NCBI RefSeq assembly: GCF_009914755.1
Contig: NC_060933.1
Source of the DNA: the human T2T-CHM13v2.0 reference genome, Homo sapiens
Strand: one strand, 5' to 3'
DNA: 64,000 bases
Under the pieces are notes generated by a model. It had not been told where the DNA came from. It worked only from the letters and a program-made list of their open reading frames with translations, and did no database searches. Position numbers and translations under genes: made by a program. Of the stretch, positions 56,261-64,000 are shown piece by piece; the stretch's first letter is position 1; each line of letters opens with the position of its first letter.

Positions 56261-59200
56261 GGAATGGAATGGAAAGGAATGGAATGGAATCAACTCGATT
56301 GCAATCGAATGGAATGGAATGGAATTAACCCGAATAGAATGGAATGGAATGGAGTGGAACCGAACGGAACGGAACGGAATGGAATGCAATGGAATGGAAC
56401 GGAAAGGATCGGAACAGAATGGAATGGAATGGAATGGAATGGAATGGAATGGAATCAACGCGAGTGCAGGGGAATGGATTGGAATGGAATGCAAAGGAAT
56501 GGAATCTTCCGGAATGGAATGGAATGGAATGGAATGGAATGGAATGGAATGCAATGGATTCAACTCGATTGCAATGGAATGGAATGGAATGGAATGGAAT
56601 GGAATGGAATGGAATTAACCCAAATAGAATGGAATGGAATGGAATGGAACGGAACGGAACGGAACGGAATGGAATGGAATGGAATGGAATGGAATGGAAT
56701 GGAATTGTATGGAATGGAATGGAATGGTACGGAATTGGCATGGATTGGAATGCAATGGAATGGAATCAACCCGAGTACAGGGGAATGGAATGGAATGGAA
56801 TGTAATGGAATGGAATCATCCGTAATGGAATGGAAAGGAATGGAATGGAATGGAATGGAATGTAATGGAATGGAATGGAATGGAATCAACACGATTGCAA
56901 TGGAATGGAATGGAATGGAATTAACCCGAATAGAATGGAATGGAATGGAATGGAAAGGAACGGAATGGAATGGAATGGAATCAACCCGAGTGCAGGGGAA
57001 TGGAATGGAATGGAATGCAATGGAATGGAATCATCCGGAATGGAATGGAATGGAATGGAATGCAAAGCAATGGAATCAACTCGATTGCAATGGAATGGAA
57101 TGGAATGGAAAGGAATACATTGGAATCAACACGAGTGGAATGGAATGGAAAGGACTGGAATGGAGTGGAATGGAATGGAATGGAATGGAATGGAATCAAC
57201 TCGATTGGAATGGAATGGAATGGAATGGAATGGAATGGAATTAACCCGAATAGAATGGAATGGAATGGAATGGAATGGAACGGAACGGAACGGAACGGAA
57301 CGGAATGGAATGGAATGGAATGGAATGGAATGGAATGGAATCAACCCGACTGCAGGGGAATGGAATGGAATGGAATGCAATGGAATGGATTCAACTTGAA
57401 TGGAATGGAAAGAATGGAATCAACACGAGTGGAATGGCATGGATTGGAATGGAATGGAATGGAACCAACCCGAGTACAGGGGAATGGAATGGAATGGAAT
57501 GCAATGGAATGGAATCATCCGTAATGGAATGGAAAGGAATGGAATGGAATGGAATGGAATGGAATGGAATGGAATCAACTCGATTGCAGTCGAATGGAAT
57601 GGAATGGAATTAACCTGAATAGAATGGAATGGAATGGAACGGAACGGAACGGAACGGAACGGAATGGAATGGAATGCAATGGAATGGAATGGAACGGAAA
57701 GGAATGGAATGGAATGGAATGGAATGGAATGGAATGGAATGGAATTCAATGGAATCAACGCGAGTGCAGGGGAATGGAATGGAATGGAATGCAATGGAAT
57801 GGAATCTTCCGGAATGGAATGGAATGGAATGGAATGGAATGGAATGGAATGGAATAAACCCGAGTGCAATGGAATGGAGTGGAATGGAATGGAATGGAAG
57901 AACCCGAATGGAATGGAATGTAACGGAGAGTAAGGGAGTTGAATAGAATCAATCCGAATGTAATGGAATGGAATGGAACGGAATGGAATTGAATGGAATG
58001 GAATGGAATGCAATGGAATGGAATCAACCCGAGTGCAATGGAATGGAGAGGAACGGAATGGAATGGAATGGAATGGAATGGTATGGAATGGAATGGTACG
58101 GAATAGAATGGAATGTAACGAATTGTAATGGAATGGAATTGAATGGAATGGAATGGAATCAACGCGAGTGCAGGGGAATGTAATGGAACGGAATGCAATG
58201 GAATGGAATCATCCGGAATGGAATGGAATGGAATGGAATGGAATGGAATGGAATGGAATGGAATGGAATCAACCCGGGTGCAATGGAATGGAGTGGAATG
58301 GAATGGAATGGAATGGAACAACCCGAATGGAATGGAATGCAATGGAGAGTAAGGGAGTTGAATAGAATCAATCCGAATGTAATGGAATGGAATGGAATGC
58401 AATCAACCCGAGTACAATGGAATGGAATGGAATGGAATGGAATGGAATGGAATGGAATGGAATGCCTTCAAACCGAATGGAATGGAAAGGAATGGAATCA
58501 ACACGAGTGGAATGGAATGGAATGGAATGGAATGGAATGATACGGAATAGAATGGAAAGGAACGAAATGGAATGGAATGGAATGGAATGGAATGGAATCG
58601 TTCCGAGTGGAATAGGAGGGAATGTATTCGAGTGGAATGGAAAGGAATGGAATCAACCAGAGTGGAATGGAAGGGAATGGAATGGAATGGAAACTAATAG
58701 AATGGAATCAACCCGAGTGGAATGGAATGGAAAGGACTGGAATGGAATGGAATGGAATGGAATGGAATGGAATTAACCCGAATACAATGGAATGGAATGG
58801 AAGGGAATGGAGTGGAATGGAATGGAATCAACCCGAGTGCAGGGGAATGGAATGGAATGGAATGCAATGGAATGGAATCATCCGGAATGGAATGGAATGG
58901 AATGGAATGCAAAGCAATGGAATCAACTCGATTGCAATGGAATGGAATGGAATGGAAAGGAATACATTGGAATCAACCCGAGTGGAATGGAATGGAAAGG
59001 ACTGGAATGGAGTGGATTGGAATGGAATGGAATGGAATGGAATCAACTCGATTGGAATGGAATGGAATGGAATGGAATGGAATGGAATTAACCCGAATAG
59101 AATGGAATGGAATGGAATGGAATGGAACGGAACGGAACGGAACGGAATGGAATGGAATGGAATGGAATGGAATGGAATGGAATCAACCCGACTGCAGGGG

Positions 59201-59357
59201 AATGGAATGGAATGGAATGCAATGGAATGGATTCAACTTGAATGGAATGGAAAGAATGGAATTGAATGGAATGGAATGGAATGGAATGGAATCAACTCGA
59301 TTGCAGTCCAATGGAATGGAATGGAATTAACCCGAATAGAATGGAATGGAATGGAAT

Positions 59358-59392
59358 GGAACGGAACGGAACGGAACGGAACGGAACGGAAC
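59358..59392 (+). repeat. (GGAAC)7 variant-pentamer run, the longest seen
   Basis: Seven consecutive GGAAC pentamers. Shorter runs occur at ~8401, ~15517, ~35264 and ~57636. Confidence 0.85.
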
Positions 59393-61679
59393 GGAATGGA
59401 ATGGAATGGAATGGAACGGAACGGAATGGAATGGAATGGAATGGAATGGAATGGAATGGAATGGAATGGAATGGAATAAACCCGAGTGCAATGGAATGCA
59501 GTGGAATGGAATGGAATAGAGTGGAACAACCCGAATGGAATGGAATGTAATGGAGAGTAAGGGAGTTGAATAGAATCAATCCGAATGTACTGGAATGGAA
59601 TGGAACGGAATGGAATTGAATGGAATGGAATGGAATGCAATGGAATGGAATCAACCCGAGTGCAATGGAATGGAGAGGAATGGAATGGAATGGAGTGGAA
59701 ACTACCAGAATGGAATGGAATGCAATGGAATGGAATCAACCCGAGTGCAATGGAATAGAGAGAAATGGAATGGAATGGAGTGGAAAATACCCGAATGGAA
59801 TGGAATGTAATGGAGTGTAAGGGAATTGTATAGAATAAATCCGAATGTAATGGAAAGTTATGCAACGGAATGGAATGGAATGGAATGGAATGGAATGGAA
59901 TGGAATGGAATGCAATGGAATGCAATGGAATGCAATCAACCCGAGTGCAATCAAATGGAATCGAATGAAATGGAATGCAATGGAATGGAATCAAATCGAT
60001 TGAAATCGAATGGAATGGAATGGAATTAACCCGAATAGAATGGAATGCAATGGAATGGAAAGAAACGGAATGGAATGGAATGGAATGAAATGGAATGGAA
60101 TGGAATGGAATGGAACGGAACGGAATGGAATGGAATGGAATGGAATGGAATGGAATCAACGCGAGTGCAGGGGAATGGAATGGAATGGAATGCAATGGAA
60201 TGGAATCTTCCGGAATGGAATGGAAAGGAATGGAACGGAATGAAATGCAATGGATTCAACTCGATTGCAATGGAATGGAATAGAATGGAATGGAATGGAA
60301 TGGAATGGGATTAACCCGAATAGAATGGAATGGAATGGAATGGAACGGAATGTAACGGAATGGAATGGAATGGAATGGAATGGAATGGAATGGAATGGTA
60401 TGGAATGGAATGGAATGGTACGGAATAGAATGGAATGGAACGAATTGAAATGGAATGGAATGGAAGGGAATGGAATCAACCCGAGTGGAATGGCATGGAA
60501 TGGAATGCAATGGAATGGAATGGAATGGAATCAACTCGAGTGGAAAGGAATGGAATGGAATGGAAAGGAATGGAATGAAGTCAACTCGAGTGGAATGGAA
60601 TGGAATGGAATGGATTGGAATGGATTGCAAAGGAATGAAATGGAATGGAATGGAATGGAATCAATCATTCCGAGTGGAATGGAAGGGAATGTAATGGAGT
60701 GGAAAGAAGGGAATGGAATCAACCCGAGTGGAATGCAAGGCAATGGAATGGAATGGAAAGGAATGGAATGGAATCAACTCGATTGCAATGGAATGGAATG
60801 GAATGGAATGGAATGGAATGGAATTAACCGGAATAGAATGGAATGGAATGGAATGGAACGGAATGGAATGGAATGGAAGGGAATGGAATCAACACGAGTG
60901 CAGGGGCATGGAATGGAATGGAAAGCAATGGAATGGAATCATCCGGAATGGAATGGAATGGAATGGAATCAACTCCATTGCAATGGAATGGAATGGATTG
61001 GAATGGAATAGAATGGAATGGAATTAACCCGAATAGATGGAATGCAATAGAATGGAATGCAACGGAACCGAATGGAGTGGAATTTAATGGAATGGAATCA
61101 ACCCGAGTACAGGGGAATGGAATGGAATGGAATGCAATGGAATGGAGTCATCCGTAATGGAATGGAAAGGAATGGAATGGAATGGAATGGAATGGAATGG
61201 AATGGAATCAACTCGATGGCAATCGAATGGAATGGAATGGAATTAACCCGAATAGAATGGAATGGAATGGAATGGAACGGAACAGAATGGAATGGAATGG
61301 AATGGAATGGAATGGAACGGAACGGAATGGAATGGAATGGAATGGAATGGAATCAACGCGAGTGCAGGGGAATGGAATGGAATGGAATGCAATGGAATGG
61401 AATCTTCCGGAATGGAATGGAATGGAATGGAATGGAATGGAATGAAAGGCAATGGATTCAACTCGATTGCAATGGAATGGAATAGAATGGAATGGAATGG
61501 AATGGAATGGAATGGAATTGAATGGAATGGAATGCCTTCAAACCGAATGGAACGGAAAGGAATGGAATCAACACGAGTGGAAAGGAATGGAATGGAAAGG
61601 AATGGAATGGAATGGAATGGTACGGAATAGAATGGAACGGAACGAACTGGAATGGAATGGAATGGAATGGAATGGAATG

Positions 61680-64000
61680 GAATCAACCCGAGTGCAATGG
61701 AATGGAGTGGAATGGAATAGAATGGAATGGAATGGAACAACCCGAATGGAATGGAATGTAATGGAGAGTAAGGGAGTTGAATAGAATCAATCCGAATGTA
61801 ATGGAATGTAATGGAACGGAAAGGAATGGAATGCAATGGAATGGAATCAACCCGAGTACAATGGAATGGAATGGAATGGAATGGAATGGTATGGAATGGA
61901 ATGGAATTGAATGGAATGGAATGACTTCAAACCGAATGGAATGGAAAGGAATGGAATCAACACGAGTGGAATGGAATGGAATGGAATGGAATGGAGTGTA
62001 AGGGAATTGAATAGAATCAATCCGAATGTAATGGAATGGAATGGAATGAAATGGAATGGAATGGAATGGAATGGAATCAACCCGAGTGCAATGGAATGGA
62101 TTCGAATGGAATGGAATGGAATGGATTCAAGAAGAATGGAATGGAAAGGAATGGAATCAACCCGAGTGTAATGGCATGGAATGGAATGGAATGGAATGGG
62201 ATGGAATGGAATGTTACGGAATAGAATGGAATGGAATGAAATGGAATGGAATGGAATGGAATGAAATGGAATGGAATGGAATGGAATGAACCCGTGTGCA
62301 ATGGAATGGAATGGAATGGAATGGATTCAGCTCGAATGGAATCAACTCGATTGCAATGGAATGGAATGGAATGGAAAGGAATAGAATGGAATCAACCCGA
62401 GTGGAATGGAATGGAAAGGACTGGAATGGAGTGGAATGGAATGGAATGGAATTAACCCGAATAGAATGGAATGGAATGGAATGGAACGGAATGTAATGGA
62501 ATGGAATGGAATGGAATCAACCCGAGTGCAGGGGATTGGAATGGAATGGAATGCAATGGAATGGAATCATCCGAAATGGAATGGAAAGGAATGGAATGGA
62601 ATGGAATGGAATGGAATGGAATGGAATGGAATGGAATCAACTCGATTGCAATCGAATGGAATGGAATGGAATTAACCCAAATAGAATGGAATGGAACGGA
62701 ATGGAACGGAACGGAATGGAATGTAATGGAATGGAATGGAACGGAAAGGAATGGAATGGAATGGAATGGAATGGAATGGAATGGAATCAACGCGAGTGCA
62801 GGGGAATGGAATGGATTCAAATGGAATGGAATGGAATGGAATGCAATCAACCCAAGTGCAGGGGAATGTAATGGAACGGAATGCAATGGAATGGAATCAT
62901 CCGGAATGGAATGGAATGGAATGGAATGGAATGGAATGGAATGCAATAGAATGGAATGGAGTGGAATGGAATGGAATGGAATGGAATGTAGTGGAATGGA
63001 ATGGAATGGAATGGAACAACCCGAATTGAATGGAATGTAATGGAGAGTAAGGGAGTTGAATAGAATCAATCCGAATATAATGGCATGGAATGGAACGGAA
63101 TGGAATGGAATGGAATGGAATGGAATGGAATGGAATGCAATGGAATGGAATCAACCCGAGTAGAATGGAATGGAAAGGAATGGAATGGAATGCAAATGAA
63201 TGGAATGGAATCAACCCGAGTGCAATGGAATGGAGAGGAATGGAATGGAATGGAATGGAAAGTACCCGAATGGAATGGAATGTAATGGAGTGTAAGGGAA
63301 TTGAATAGAATCAATCCGAATGTAATGGAATGGAATGGAACGGAATGGAATGGAATGGAATGGAATGGAATGGAATGCAATGCAATGGAATCAACCTGAC
63401 TGCAATCGAATGGAATCGAATGGAATGGAATGCAATGGAATGGATTCAACTTGAATGGAATGGAAAGAATGGAATCAACACGAGTGGAATGGCATGGATT
63501 GGAATGGAATGGAATGGAATCAACACGAGTAAAGGGGAATGGAATGGAATGGCATGCAATGGAATGGAATCATCTGTAATGGAATGGAAAGGAATGGAAT
63601 GGAATGGAATGGAACGGAAATCCATGGAATGGAATCAACTCGATTGCAATCGAAAGGAATGGAATGGAATTAAACCGAATAGAACGGAATGGAATGGAAT
63701 GGAACGGAACGGAATGGAATGGAATGGAATGGAAAGGAATGGAATGGAATGGAACGGAACGGGACGGAATGGAATGGAATGGAATGGAATGGAATGGAAT
63801 GGAATCAACGCGAGTGCAGGGGAATGGAATGGAATGGAATGCAATGGAATGGAATCTTCCGGAATGGAATGGAATGGAATGGAATGGAATCAACTCGATT
63901 TCAATGGAATGGAATGGAATGGAATGGAATCAACTCGATTTCAATGGAATGGAATGGAATGGAATGGAATCAACTCGATTGCAATCGAATGGAATGGAAT
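61680..64000 (+). repeat. Partial higher-order unit, near-identical to ~23260-25580 (offset 38,422); runs off the end of the window
   Basis: ORF pairs 23489/61911, 24049/62471 and 25148/63570 all differ by 38422. Shared variants: CACGAGTAAAGGGG (~25102/~63524) and the doubled CAACTCGATTTC module. Confidence 0.88.
63851..63865. promoter_or_regulatory. Perfect three-unit HSE consensus (last copy in the window)
   Basis: GGAATCTTCCGGAAT. Sequence match only. Confidence 0.55.

Larger units (their letters stand above)
1..64000 (+). repeat. Human Satellite III (HSat3) pericentromeric satellite array, (GGAAT)n with interspersed CAACCCGAGT-type decamers; G-rich strand on + throughout
   Basis: Continuous GGAAT pentamers from base 1 to 64000, interrupted by CAACCCGAGT/CAACTCGATT/CAACGCGAGT/TAACCCGAAT. 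This is the reverse complement of the classical satellite 3 pattern (ATTCC)n plus A(C/T)TCGGGTTG. It lacks the (CATTCGATTC)-dominated structure of HSat2. No non-satellite stretch was seen. Confidence 0.99.

Noticed and set aside
59580-61200. Possible transposon or unique-sequence insertion in the diverged island
   Set aside because: It still resolves into GGAAT-derived pentamers, with no poly(A) tail, target-site duplication, LTR or Alu/L1 signature.
111-63893. Hundreds of ORFs encoding MEWNG or IPFHS repeats, up to 337 aa (55605-56618)
   Set aside because: (GGAAT)3 reads MEWNG in all forward frames and IPFHS in all reverse frames, with no stop and frequent ATG. Overlapping ORFs in all six frames are therefore expected. 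There is no domain, frame preference or gene structure.
1-64000. CRISPR-like pattern of conserved motifs separated by variable stretches
   Set aside because: The intervening sequence is itself GGAAT repeat rather than unique spacers, spacing is irregular, and there are no cas genes or leader.
1-64000. HSat2, DYZ1, alpha satellite or telomeric repeat
   Set aside because: There is no CATTCGATTC-dominated pattern, no 171-bp monomer and no TTAGGG. The periods seen (4.3 and 9.4 kb) do not match the regular ~3.6-kb DYZ1 unit.
1-64000. A previously undescribed gene system
   Set aside because: Nothing outside satellite sequence is present. Any novelty lies in the repeat architecture and embedded binding motifs, and these remain untested.

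Overview
All 64 kb is one uninterrupted array of human/great-ape classical Satellite III (HSat3): (GGAAT)n on the + strand, punctuated by the diagnostic CAACCCGAGT/CAACTCGATT/TAACCCGAAT decamers. I see no genes, RNA genes, transposons, CRISPR arrays or strand inversions. Every ORF in the track (MEWNG.../IPFHS...) is an artefact of translating a stop-free pentamer. A recurring ~150-bp module resembles, from memory, the pHuR98 clone of chromosome 9q12, so chr9 HSat3 is the most likely origin, but I have not verified this. The informative signal is the nested structure. A ~4.28-kb higher-order unit recurs at ~21.9-53.1 kb and again from ~61.7 kb. It is arranged as a near-identical ~9.43-kb A/B dimer duplication and is bracketed by a ~3-kb spacer block repeated 26.65 kb apart. 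Other duplications have offsets of ~6.1 kb and ~38.4 kb, and there are many 45-930 bp local tandem copies. Roughly 45 GGAATCTTCCGGAAT sites each form a perfect three-unit heat-shock element. Pentamer register slips go almost exclusively in one direction. I found no evidence of a new protein-coding system. Coordinates and counts were read by eye, so boundaries are approximate.
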